Shown in pieces: positions 53,255-64,000 of a DNA stretch of 64,000 nucleotides; positions within the stretch are counted from its first letter, which is position 1; every line of letters begins with the position of its first letter. The notes below the pieces were generated by a model that searched no databases, was not told where the DNA came from, and saw only the letters and a list, made by a program, of their open reading frames with translations. The translations under genes and the position numbers were made by a program. The stretch is from Octopus vulgaris (Eukaryota). The stretch lies in assembly GCA_951406725.2 (NCBI GenBank), contig OX597816.1:94240001-94304000 (forward strand), in the 5' to 3' direction.

Positions 53255-54010
53255 TTAATATACAACATATAATAAAGTTTGTCAAGGACAGAAAATTTTC
53301 AGTTTCTTGTGAAAATGTATAGAAATTCTAGAAACTGTATGTGTATTTTGCCTAAACAGAATTTTTAGGTATAATAATTTAATCTACCTCATGAGTTGTA
53401 CTCAATATTGTTCAAGGGAGAATTTTTTCCATCCCTAACATTCTAGAGACATTTTTCTACTGAATAAGCATGGAAGCAAAACCTGGAATTGTTCTGACCA
53501 TTTTCATTTCAATTTACGAATGTTTTTTTCCTGTGAACATTAGGAGTCTGTTTCTGATAACTTGTCACCAACTGTCAATGCTATCGATTTAAACATTTTG
53601 AAACAAAATGAAAAGTAACATACACCACAAGTTGGAGATGTTGTTATAGTTAAATATGCCACTAAACTAAGGTGTAAACTTACACTGGTGTTATTCAGTC
53701 AATAAATTAAAATGAACAATATCTTGTGCAATACATACAGAAAGGTAGTGGAAAAATATTACTTTGAAGGAAAGTGATTGTGATTGTTGCTATTGCTACC
53801 ATTATAAGGAAACTTTAAATTGAACATGTGAGGATAGTATCTCATTGACAATTCATTCAAGATATGCAACTTGTTTAATAAACTACTAGAGTAGTTACTG
53901 TAACATTTCCTTTTTCTATACATTGTTATAAGTTTGTTATTTGGATGTTTCTAATGAGTTGTTTTTGTTTGAACTTATTGCTCTTGCAAATGTTGTTTTA
54001 TTTGGTCCTC

Positions 54011-54055
54011 TGTCCCTGACATTCCATCCCTGACAGGGATGGAATGTCAGGGACA
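54011..54055. repeat. Perfect 22-bp inverted repeat with a 1-nt spacer
   Basis: TGTCCCTGACATTCCATCCCTG-A-CAGGGATGGAATGTCAGGGACA. Confidence 0.95.
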
Positions 54056-54300
54056 AAGAATAGTATAAACTCCAGCTATTCTTTCCTCTGGGCGATCAAG
54101 AATTTTCTTTTCCTTCAGATGTTCACTTCCTTATAAATATTTTCTACTAATTTGCCACACAAATTTGGTTGAGATTAATAAAGTAAATTACATCATACTG
54201 ATAATAAAGAAAATATTATCATTCAATCATTATCTTCTAAAATCTTTCTTTCTTTTGAAACACAACAAAATCTATGTATTTGTTTTTGTTTTTTCCATAG

Positions 54301-54411
54301 GTCGGGTTCCAGAAAGTATGCATGCTTTTCAACAACTGAAAGACAAGGTAGATGTTAATTTGGGTTCAATCCTGGCTCTAATTTATGGTTACAAGAAGTC
54401 AAAGAATAATA
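54301..54411 (+). CDS. TTC21B: TTC21B coding exon 3 (GRVPESMHAFQQLKDKVDVNLGSILALIYGYKKSKNN)
   Basis: TTTTCCATAG acceptor, GTAGGT donor, 111 nt, phase 1 to 1. Resembles human KQDVSLCSLLALIYAHK. Confidence 0.93.
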
Positions 54412-55255
54412 GTAGGTGGAACTTTATTCTTCTTGTAAAATAGTTTTCCAACAATTAATTCCTTTTTATTTGCAGAGCTCTCACTGGTCCAATCATGATT
54501 TCTTTCATCTTTGTTGGTTTCTTCTCACCATACAACACCTTCTGAACCTTGTTTGCCAGCCAAGAAACTGGGCTACTCCTGTCAATTCAACCAAAGAAGG
54601 ATGTGTAGCTAGTTGTGTAGATATGTGTGTGCAGTGAAAAATGACCATGGTATTATGTTTGTGGATCTTTTATTGAGGGCAAAGTACCAAATGTGTTTGG
54701 CTTTATGATGATATGGATCAAAGAAGAGTACTTTTTTTCAGTTCTAAGTGGGCTAGTATTGCAAAATCTGACTAATCTATTGCTTATAACACAGGTTAAA
54801 ACTAAAAGTTCTCAGAAATCTTGCGGGTTGTTAATGGTACTTAACTTTCATTGCCCGAGCAGGATTTTATTTCATGCATTCATGTAGTTGTTTAGTTTCC
54901 ACGTCAGCTCGGACTGACCAGACCAATAACAAAGTTGTTCAACCTGACCATCCTGTCTTCTTGTCATTGTGTCTAGGACAGTATTGTTTATGATTACTGC
55001 ATGTGATTTGAGGAAGATATGGTTAGTATTTCTAGCAAGTTGAGTGATCACATCAAAGCTCCCTCATTTCATACAGAGAAATAAATTATAAACTGAATCT
55101 AGTTAAAATTACAGATCTACAAAAGAACTGACTGTACTTTGCCTTTCAGAATTTTTAGGCTTTATACTTTTCTGATTTGTTTACTTGAGGGAGAAAAATG
55201 AGAGAAGTTTATAAACATTTAACAGTATTTTAATTTTTATTATCTTTCATTGTAG

Positions 55256-55320
55256 ATCGTGAAGAACTACAAGACCTTGACCGTAAACTAAAAGAAGAAA
55301 GAAAGCAGGCTGGTGAAAGG
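55256..55320 (+). CDS. TTC21B: TTC21B coding exon 4 (NREELQDLDRKLKEERKQAGER)
   Basis: TTGTAG acceptor, GTGTGT donor, 65 nt. Resembles human [22 protein letters not shown]. Confidence 0.92.
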
Positions 55321-55634
55321 GTGTGTTGATTAAATTTGGTTTTTATAGGATTTTTAAGAATGAAAGTAATAAAGAAGTGCTTATAGCAATAAATGAAACC
55401 TACAATTTTCAGAAAAAGATGTTAACTATATGAAAATATTAATAACTATCTACATTGATACGAATGTATATTTCAGTATGTTTGATTCTGTGCATTGTAT
55501 ATATATATATATATACGTACGTGTGTGTGTACAGAATCAAGCATACTGAAACGTTAGTATCAATATAGATAGATGTTGATATTCTCATATAATTTTTGTT
55601 TGTCTGAAAATTGCATATACTCACACACACACAC

Positions 55635-55840
55635 ATACACAATGTCTGATGAAAGCGTATCAAGACTGGTGCTATAAAAAGAAAACTTCAGTGCGTAGCA
55701 ATTTCACATTTAATCTCCATCAAAGTAGTCTCCTTCTTATGCCACACACTTTATCCAACATTGTTTTCATTGATGGAAGCACTCCTAGAAGAACTCTCTT
55801 GAAATCTTTTTCCTTTTAAGAGAAATTTGATGTTTGGAAA
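55635..55840 (-). mobile_element. mariner 3' remnant
   Basis: Minus-strand WKQCWIKCVA.EGDYFDGD resembles a mariner transposase C-terminus. Confidence 0.5.
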
Positions 55841-56249
55841 GATTCTTGACCATAATAACCTTCAAGCCATGTCTTTTTACATACACACACACATACTTTC
55901 TCTGCCATAGTCACTGATAGAACCTCCATGTTGTGGTGAGATGACCACACACTACACTCATTACTTCCAAGTACTGCTGTAAACAATGGGAGTAAATGAG
56001 AATTCTTTTAGTGCCGTATTCATTTAACACACCGATTTCCACTCATTTGCTTATTTATTTTTACTGAAATTTTCGTTGTGACTTGCAACCTTTTCAATAT
56101 ACGCTGACTCTGTCCGTTATTGGAATTGCAATAACATTTTTTCTTGGTGTAGAATGTACTACCTACTACTGGTTAGTAACTTCAGACTTAGATCAAACTA
56201 ATCTGGAAAAGTAAGATATGGAAGCTTAAAAGTCTATTGAACAGTCACA

Positions 56250-58550
56250 GATACAGAGATGTTCTAATTAAAGCATCTGACAAGGAGGCAGAGACCGATG
56301 TAGAACATAGAGGTTAACTGGAAGTTCTTGCAGGGCAACCTATTAAGGACTACAGATCAAATCTGTTGTCAGTGCAAAGTTCCAATGAGACTGAAGATGA
56401 CATGGTAGTAGAATGGTGAAGTAGACAAAGTCATTAAAACAAAGACTGGCATGAAAGGATTGGAAGAAATAGGGTAGAAGAGAATACCAAGTAGCTAAAA
56501 GAGAAACTAGACAATAGATTTGTTTGACCATGGGAAGGGTAGAAAGGAGGAGTTTTGCCAGTGTTCTACAACATGAGGACCAGAGGCATGAATTGTTCTG
56601 GATTGCAAAATGGTGTATCAGATTCTATCAAACTGTCTAGCCCATGCCAGCATGGAAGATGGATGTTAAATCATGATTAGCATTTTGATGATGATGTTTT
56701 ACAACTAATTAGAAATTATTTGGAACTATGCCCAATATCTGCATCAATAGATAAACTGAAAGAATGGTTCTCAAATATACCTAAAGGAACAGTTATATGT
56801 ATATAAATGTATGTGTGTATTATAAAATTAAATGTGTAAGTATTGTCCTTATATGGATATGTGTGTATATCACCATCATCATTTAATATTTTTTAATATC
56901 ATTTAATATCCATATTCCAAAATAGCATAGGTTGGACTATTTGATGGGATTGGATGGATCCAAGGATTGCATCATGCTCTACTTTGGCATGGTTTCTACA
57001 GCTTCATGCTCTTCCTAATGCCAGCCACTTTACAGCACTAATGAGGTTGCCATGCAGGCACAAAACCCAAGTAGAGGGGCTTTATTCTAGCAGATGAGGG
57101 TTAAGGTATGAAAGGAGTGAGTGAGTAGGGTCTAGTTGTAGGGAAGCTACACACATTTAGAAGAAAATAGTTAAGTCATAGCATCAATGAGATAAATATT
57201 GGTGATGCGGTGATCAGGTAGCATTTCAAGGTATGAAATGAGAAGTGGGTGGGGACAGAGAAACTAAGAGTGGGTGGGGGTTTGTAAGAGCATATGGTGG
57301 GAAGAAATAGGGAAATACAAAAGAAGAATCAGACAGCACCTGTAAGGATTTGATAGGATTGAAGAGTGGATGCAGGGGTGAAGATTGCCAATGATGCCTA
57401 GATTGGGGAGGTAGCAAGAGGCCAGAAGAGAGCAGAAATAAGTTAGTGAAAGATGATACAGCCGACATAGGAGGGGACAAGAGAGGTGATGTTTGGACAG
57501 GGTACTGAAGAGGTGGAGAGAGTCAGCATAGAGCACAGGGATAGAATTCAGTTGTTTGGTGAGTGACTGCAGGAGATCAATATCACACGTGGGTGTAGAG
57601 GACAATATTAATAGATAAGAGAGTGAAGTATCAAAGGAGGTAGAGGAGATGTGGAAAGGGTGTGAGGAAGAAATTGGGTAAGATGTCCATTTGTACACTT
57701 AATATGTACACCAACTGTGCTCCGAGAAGTCAGTTTTGCCATGATTGTGAATCTTCTCAAGGACCACATATCACCAGATAACTTGGTCTTTTGTCATCTC
57801 TGTGAAGCTCAAGCTCTTGAGGTCAGCCTTCAATACTTTGTACATCTTCCCGAGTCTCCTTTGTCTATAAGCCCCAGTCACATTAAGTGATCCGCATTTC
57901 TTTATACTGCAATCCTCATCCATACACATCACATGTCCATACCAGCTCAGTCTTCTTGCGCACTACCTCTAATTCCTCTTATTCCCAGTTTTTCTCTCAG
58001 CACATACTATGACATTTATGCACACTCACATTGCACAGCCAATGGAGCATTCTCACCTCATTTTTCCCAGTCTTATCATGTCCTCTACTTTTGAGGCCCA
58101 TATCTCACTACCATGCAACATTGCAGTTCAAATGCAAGTATCACACAAGCTGCCTTTTATTTTGTGGAAAAAGACCTTGTTGCCAGTAGTAGTAGCAGCT
58201 CCCTGAGCATTTTCAAACCCTTTCTTACTCTGGCTACTAAAGTTTCAGAGAAACCACCTTCTTTGCTGATAACATCTCCCAGGTAACAAAAGCTATTAAC
58301 TACTAATTAGCCATCCAGGCATTCAAGGTACTCTATTTCCAATGTGTTCACAGAACATACTGCTCTACTGCATCTGTCACATATGAAGCTTATATTGCTC
58401 TGTTAGTCTGCCAGTGAATTCACTACATCTCTTGTGCATTCTATGCTTACACTGGGTGCAGCCTTTTCTGTATAGTGAGCAAGACCATTTCCTCAAAGGC
58501 ACCAGAGTTCTGTCTTTTTTCATACTTGCTAAAACCTTTGTATGTGTATG
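56250..58550. mobile_element. Patchwork of decayed RTE-like LINE fragments in TTC21B intron 4
   Basis: Plus-strand KDWKK..RREYQVAKRETR and minus-strand VNSFCYLGDVISKEGG...RVRKG...L..YGHVM remnants. Confidence 0.55.
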
Positions 58551-58711
58551 TATTTAACTTAACCCGTTGGTAAGTTTGTTTGACACTGCTGAATTGTTGG
58601 AGTGTTTTATCAATAAAAACTTCTTTTGCTCAAATGGGTTTTGTTTCTAAGAATTATTGTTTTTATACATTACTGTGGTACTGAATTAAAAAGTAAAGTC
58701 TTTTTCTTCAG

Positions 58712-58813
58712 AGTCTTTTATATGCTGGAACTTTGTTGTTCTTGATTGAAAAATATGATAAAGCAAAAGAATATCTTGACAGAGCACTAAAGCTGAATGA
58801 ACTAAATAAACAA
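58712..58813 (+). CDS. TTC21B: TTC21B coding exon 5 (SLLYAGTLLFLIEKYDKAKEYLDRALKLNELNKQ)
   Basis: TTTCTTCAG acceptor, GTAAGT donor, 102 nt. TPR helix resembling human [24 protein letters not shown]. Confidence 0.93.
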
Positions 58814-59344
58814 GTAAGTTTCTCAGAAAGCTACACTGCATTTTTTTTCTTGACTCTGTTTTATTGTTTCTGTTTCTATTGCAGTTGTTTCTATATTATT
58901 CTATAATTTATTTATTCCATATCGAGTCTCAGCTATGTATCAAATTTCCTGTCATATTCAAAGCTATATATTGTTACACATGATTTATACAAAGTGAAAA
59001 AATCTAATTTTGTCAATAGAAGAAGTAACAACTGCTCAAATTTCTTTCATCTATTTCTTAAATCTAGCTATAGTACTCTTGTTCAGCTTGAGAATATTTG
59101 TTTAATGCTGTATGATTGATGCACCTAAGTTATGCAGTCATGAAAAATAAAGCCTTTTACTTTGTTGGCGATAAATGCTTATATATAGAATCATTAACAT
59201 AGAAGCTACTTCAATAAAATGTGCTAATATAATTACCCTTGTAATTTTGGCTCTTTTGTTCAAACAAGCTTTGTAACCAGAGGCCGTTTTCTGTCAGCAT
59301 GTGAAATTTCACTATAATAACCAGAAAATTCCTGGTGTAAAATA

Positions 59345-60271
59345 TTGGGACATCCCGTAAATAATGTAGTTTTTTTATACTTCGTTTATTTTTCAAAATT
59401 AAGATAATCTAAAATATACTTTCCTTCATTTTCTACAGTGCTCTTCCATTTTTCTGGTAGATTTGTAAGTCCCCTTTTCCAAAATTTACTTGTCTGTGAC
59501 GAAAAATGCTCCTCCTGTTCTGTTCTGACCTCCTCTACAGAATTCATATTTTTTCTGTCCAAATGATTTTAAGACTGTGGAAAAAGTGATAATCAGATGG
59601 GGCAATGTCCAGCAAACATGGTGGGTGGAGCATCATTTCTCATTCAAACTGCTCCAGCCTTTGGAATGTGGCCGAGCATTATCTTGATGGAAGAAGACTT
59701 TTTGTCTTGCAACCAAAGATAGTTGTTTTTCTTCTAACGCTGACTTAAGCTACTCAAGCTGCCCTCAGTAGATCTCCTTTGCTATCATTTGGTTAGGGTT
59801 TAAAAGTTCAAAGTGGACTAAACCTTTCATATCCCACCAAACAGATAACAACACCATATGTGGGTGAAGATCTTCTTTAGCCTGGGGTGCTGGTGTTTCT
59901 CCTTTCCCTACCCACTGTCTTCCACACTTGACATTTTTATAGAGAACCCATTTCTCATCACCAGTCACTATTTGGTCTAAAAAAGGTTCATTCAAGAGAC
60001 ATGACAGCAAAGAAGAGCACACAATTAGACTCAGATAGCTTGTGATGAACCCATTGACCCAATTTGCTGACTTTTCCGATGGCACACAGGTGTTGATGAA
60101 TGGTTGAATGACCAAATAACTGCACTCTTCAAAACTTGCACTAAGAATAAGGACAAGGTAAAATTACTACCTGCTTTTATAGCAAGTTGATGCAGGTAGT
60201 TTACCTCATCCCCCTCCGACTTTTAGTTCATGCAATTGAAAATAAACCTCATTATTTATGGGATGACCCAA
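59345..60271 (-). mobile_element. Internally deleted mariner element with both TIRs, in TTC21B intron 5
   Basis: TA followed by TTGGGACATCCCGTAAATAATG, and CATTATTTATGGGATGACCCAA at the other end. Transposase motifs FLDQIVTGDEKWVLY, VLLSVWWD, FHQDNARPH, DIAPSDYHFF. Confidence 0.88.
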
Positions 60272-61280
60272 TGTGTTTTGGTAGAACATCAAAAGTCAGT
60301 CAAAACAAGTTATAAAATGAAACAATAATCAAGAAACCACGAAATAAACTAAGTAAAGGTTAAGTACTTATATTTATATGGCCATGCTTATGATGCCGAA
60401 AAAGATTTCAATTCAATGTGAAAATCAATCATTATCATTTAACGTCCATTGTCCCTGCTGACATGTGTTGGACAGTTTGACTAGGGCTGGCAAGCTGGAA
60501 GGCTGCACCAGACTCCAGTCTGATTTGCCATGATTTCTACAGCTGGATGCCCTTTCTAAAGCCAATCACTCCGAGAGTGTAATGAGTGCATCTTTTTATA
60601 TATTCTTCTTTCCATAACTCTAAGTATAAACATTGTTGTTCCACTTTAAAAAGATCAACATGGCATGATTGTTTTAGATATAACTAATTATTGTACAATG
60701 ATGCTTCAACTGAAAGCTAAAAAGCTGAACTTTGACATGGTATTTAATAATAGAAAGGAGAAAGTCTCATGCAATTCTAACCATAATGCTCACTCACTAG
60801 ATTAGATTGAGCCATTTGGCAGTTGCTGTCAGTGGATATCAACATTCCACCATAAAATGCTAAGACACTTGTAGAGAAAAATATTTTAGTGGATGTTGTT
60901 TTGGATAACAAGTTAATGGTTACTGAGTTTAAATCCACAGCAAGCATTTTATTATCTCTGGGCAAAAGACTTAATTCTCCATTCCTTTGTTTACCTAGTG
61001 AACAGAAATGGGTACCAAAACTTCAGGGAAAGTTACTTGCAATATATTAAAATCTTATCCAAAGGAGATTGTTTCTTATCTATTTAACACTCCAGAAACC
61101 AGAGCTAATCAAGGTCCAAGAAACAATTAACATTATATTTAAATGCACTTGAGTTTTTTCAAGGATGTCTACAAGTATAGGACCAACTAAAGAATTAAAT
61201 TGAAAAATATGATTTTTTTTTTGCTTTGTTTTTTATAAAGTGTTGTAAGTAAATGTTCCTTGTATACTTTGCTTTTCTAG

Positions 61281-61372
61281 TCTTTAGCACTAAAAGGTTG
61301 GTTAGAACTGGAATCTGGCAAAGACCCACATGGTAAAAAGGCTTTCAAATATTTTGATGAAATTATTCGAAT
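61281..61372 (+). CDS. TTC21B: TTC21B coding exon 6 (SLALKGWLELESGKDPHGKKAFKYFDEIIR)
   Basis: TTTTCTAG acceptor, GTAAGT donor, 92 nt. Resembles human [25 protein letters not shown]. Confidence 0.93.
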
Positions 61373-62854
61373 GTAAGTGCATTTTAATTTTTGTGTATGA
61401 TGAATATCCAAAAGAAAAAGTAAATATTTTAGAGCTGGTGTTTAACTTTAGAATTCTCAGCAAAATCAGTAGTAGTATCCAGTGTTTTGTGAGGAATATG
61501 AATATAAATTGACTCTTTTAAATAAACAAAATTTACTGTACATAGTAGATATGGCAGTCAGTTGCTTCAAAATTCAGATACCATGCATTTTGAAAAGTCA
61601 GGTATCTCTCTTAAGAACTGCATACATCACAAAATTTAACATTCTATACAAATAATAGCCATTACAGTCCTTGCAATGAGATCTTCTACTGTCTCTATAT
61701 GTGTTTATTTATTGTTACAAATGCTAGTTTTCTTGTGATGGGGGAAAGAATTTGAGTTCTATATAGTTGCTTTATATTTCTGTCACTACAGTTAATCATT
61801 TACTACCAGCTAACCACAATGTATCCTTTTAATGATTGTGTCCTGACTTAGTTTGGCTTTAATCTCTTGAAGCTTAGTCTTTATTTAGATTGTGATATAA
61901 TTGATATTAGCAACTATAAAAAATAAAAATAAACACTTTTGATGACTCTAACATGTATTAGCTACTATTTAGTCTGTTAAACATTGAACAATCTGAATCA
62001 CAAGCAACCGACCCTGGGCAGAGGGCTGTCTGAGTCCTTGCAAACGATTTCCCTACTGTTATTGCCATTGCAGAACATTATAGCCTTTTGTTTTACTTCA
62101 AATATATTTTAACATACTGTCTGGAGTAAGACTACCAGCTGGCTCTAATTGCTTTGTTTGTCGCTGAATTTGTAGGATCTTATGCTCAATGCAGAGTGTA
62201 TGTAATGAATATAGTAGACTTGGTAAGCAGATAGAAATCTTGGTCTCCTTTCTGATCACAAGTTCCCATTTAATTGGGTTTTCGCTCAAACTTCACAAAA
62301 TTGAGTGTTCAGGTAGGAGTAAAAAAGCAAGTTTGTTTGTTTATTTATTATCAAACTTATCCATTAACTCTGGAAAGAAAACTTCCATTTAATGTACTAC
62401 ATTTTTATGTAATTGATTTGATTTGATTATATTCTAGTTTGTTTCCTTTGCTGTTAAATATTAAACTACAGTTTAAATTAAGCATTAACCACACTAATTC
62501 ACTACTACCTTAGTTTAAGAGGTCTCTATGACATAGAGGACATTTCTTTTTCTTTAGGCTCCTAGGCATGATAAAAATATGAGAATCTTGGCAACATGTC
62601 ATGAAGTTCAATTTGTTTAGGCTACATTCTATTGATGGAAAACAATATGTCATTATTGTCCAAGACCAAAATGTTGGTTCCCTATTCATGTGTTTTCTGT
62701 TGATGAAAACAATTAGGAAGGCATTGTATTTTGTTTGGTAGTGGTACAAATCTGAATGTTATCTTCTATTCTGAGAGTAACCATCAATTGACAGAATTCA
62801 AAATAGAAAGTGTTTCTTTTATATATTTATACAATTGTCTCTCTATTTCCGCAG

Positions 62855-63052
62855 GTCTGATGGTGCTGGTGAGGTCAATGCCTTTTTAGGTTTGATTCGA
62901 TGTTTTATGGCCCGCTGCAGCTTCAATAAGGCATTAGAAATTGCTAATCAACTCATTGTTGGTCGTTCTGACTTTCTTCCAGCCCTTGAGGAAAAAATGA
63001 AGATACAGCTAGCTTTGAAAGACTGGGATCAATCAGTAGAAACTGCATATTT
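62855..63052 (+). CDS. TTC21B: TTC21B coding exon 7 (MSDGAGEVNAFLG...FLPALEEKMKIQLALKDWDQSVETAY)
   Basis: TTCCGCAG acceptor, GTAAGT donor, 198 nt. FLPALEEKMKIQLALKDWDQSVETA matches recalled human [25 protein letters not shown]. Confidence 0.95.
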
Positions 63053-63557
63053 GTAAGTTATCACTTTTCAAGTTCTGCTTTTGTTTTTATAATTATTTTT
63101 CTTTTATTTATTTAGTAATTTTACTCCATTTTTACTTGTTTGGTCAGTCAATATTTAAAAAGAATAACTTATTCAAACAAAAATTACTATTCTTACCTAA
63201 AATTTCCCTATCTTTTCTCCCCTTCTAATTTGAAGAAGATAATAGCAACAACATTCACAATGAAAATGAATTTTGGAATGAATAAATTAATTTTCTGTTC
63301 CTCAGTTATTTAATTTAAAAATACTCTAGAACTATATGCATTGTTGTAAATTTTTAGAAATACAAGAACTGTTACCCAGCAATATTTTTTGAGGAGGTGT
63401 CACCTTTGCAGCATATCAATTGCAGATCATCTAAACTTTTACAATATTAATATTCAACCATGTGAAAAAAATTTAAGACTATAACTTTGAAGATTTATAT
63501 AATTATTTTTATTGATATTTGTTCTGGTTGTGATTCATTTATTTTGCTACATTTCAG

Positions 63558-63642
63558 GGCTCTTGATATAGATCAGTTCAATATTGAAGCATTAACCATA
63601 CTTACTCTCTATCATCTGTGTTGTTTAGGAGACTATAACGAA
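63558..63642 (+). CDS. TTC21B: TTC21B coding exon 8 (LALDIDQFNIEALTILTLYHLCCLGDYNE); gene continues beyond the window
   Basis: TTTCAG acceptor, GTAGGT donor, 85 nt. Resembles human [21 protein letters not shown]. Confidence 0.92.
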
Positions 63643-64000
63643 GTAGGTGTGATTTTCACTAATTTCATATATTTATCATCTTTAGAATGGTTAATTTTAT
63701 AAGCTGAAAAGGTCATTTTAGAATACTGGATTACAGAAGACTGGTTAATAAGACGTTTGAAAAGATTACCATATTGAAGATAATGAAAATTCACTCTTCT
63801 TCATTTAACATCATTAGATACAATGCAATATTTTAAAATCTTGTAAATCAAATATATTTGCTCATTCATAAATTCAACTTGCTCTGATGTGCCCATCACT
63901 AACTTGAGTTTATATCTGTTACCTCAAAATGGTCCTTCAAATACATGTCACAATGTTTACGAGTATCTCTTTCTATTTTAATTCTTTGAATTCCTCCTAT

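Noticed and set aside
54412-54417. Alternative donor AG|GTGGA 4 nt downstream of the exon 3 donor
   Set aside because: It would frameshift exon 4; the donor at 54412 keeps the frame.
56060-56100. Minus-strand TTGAAAAG-GTTG..CAAC-GAAAATTTC motif
   Set aside because: The first core box deviates at two positions and stem I does not pair in register.
62510-62749. Minus-strand ORF ending CPLCHRDLLN (RING-like tail) in TTC21B intron 6
   Set aside because: The other RING ligands are not correctly spaced, and there is no supporting exon structure.

Overview
AT-rich, microsatellite- and transposon-dense animal genomic DNA, most likely octopus or another coleoid cephalopod (inferred from the SINE families and repeat landscape, not database-verified). 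The only well-supported host gene is the 5' part of TTC21B/IFT139 (IFT-A TPR protein): 8 coding exons on the + strand from 49882 to 63642, 810 nt or 270 aa in frame, all introns GT-AG, running off the window end. Its putative promoter has ETS-, NRF1- and X-box-like motifs and abuts a ~1.17 kb foldback transposon. The first ~48 kb is a mosaic of four tRNA-derived SINE families, decayed LINEs (CR1-like, RTE, R4/Dong-type, Penelope), Tigger/pogo, mariner and piggyBac remnants, a Gypsy gag remnant, a Helitron cluster and long microsatellites. Nearly all ORFs in the supplied track are microsatellite or TE artefacts. The most interesting unannotated signal is a set of self-cleaving-ribozyme-like motifs folded by eye: three hammerheads (1387-1483 minus, 26838-26882 plus, 27405-27460 plus, the last at the 5' end of an R4/Dong-type LINE) and an HDV-like fold at the 5' end of a non-autonomous RTE-like element (25084-25161 minus). 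All folds and TE family calls are manual and need Infernal/RepeatMasker/BLAST confirmation.
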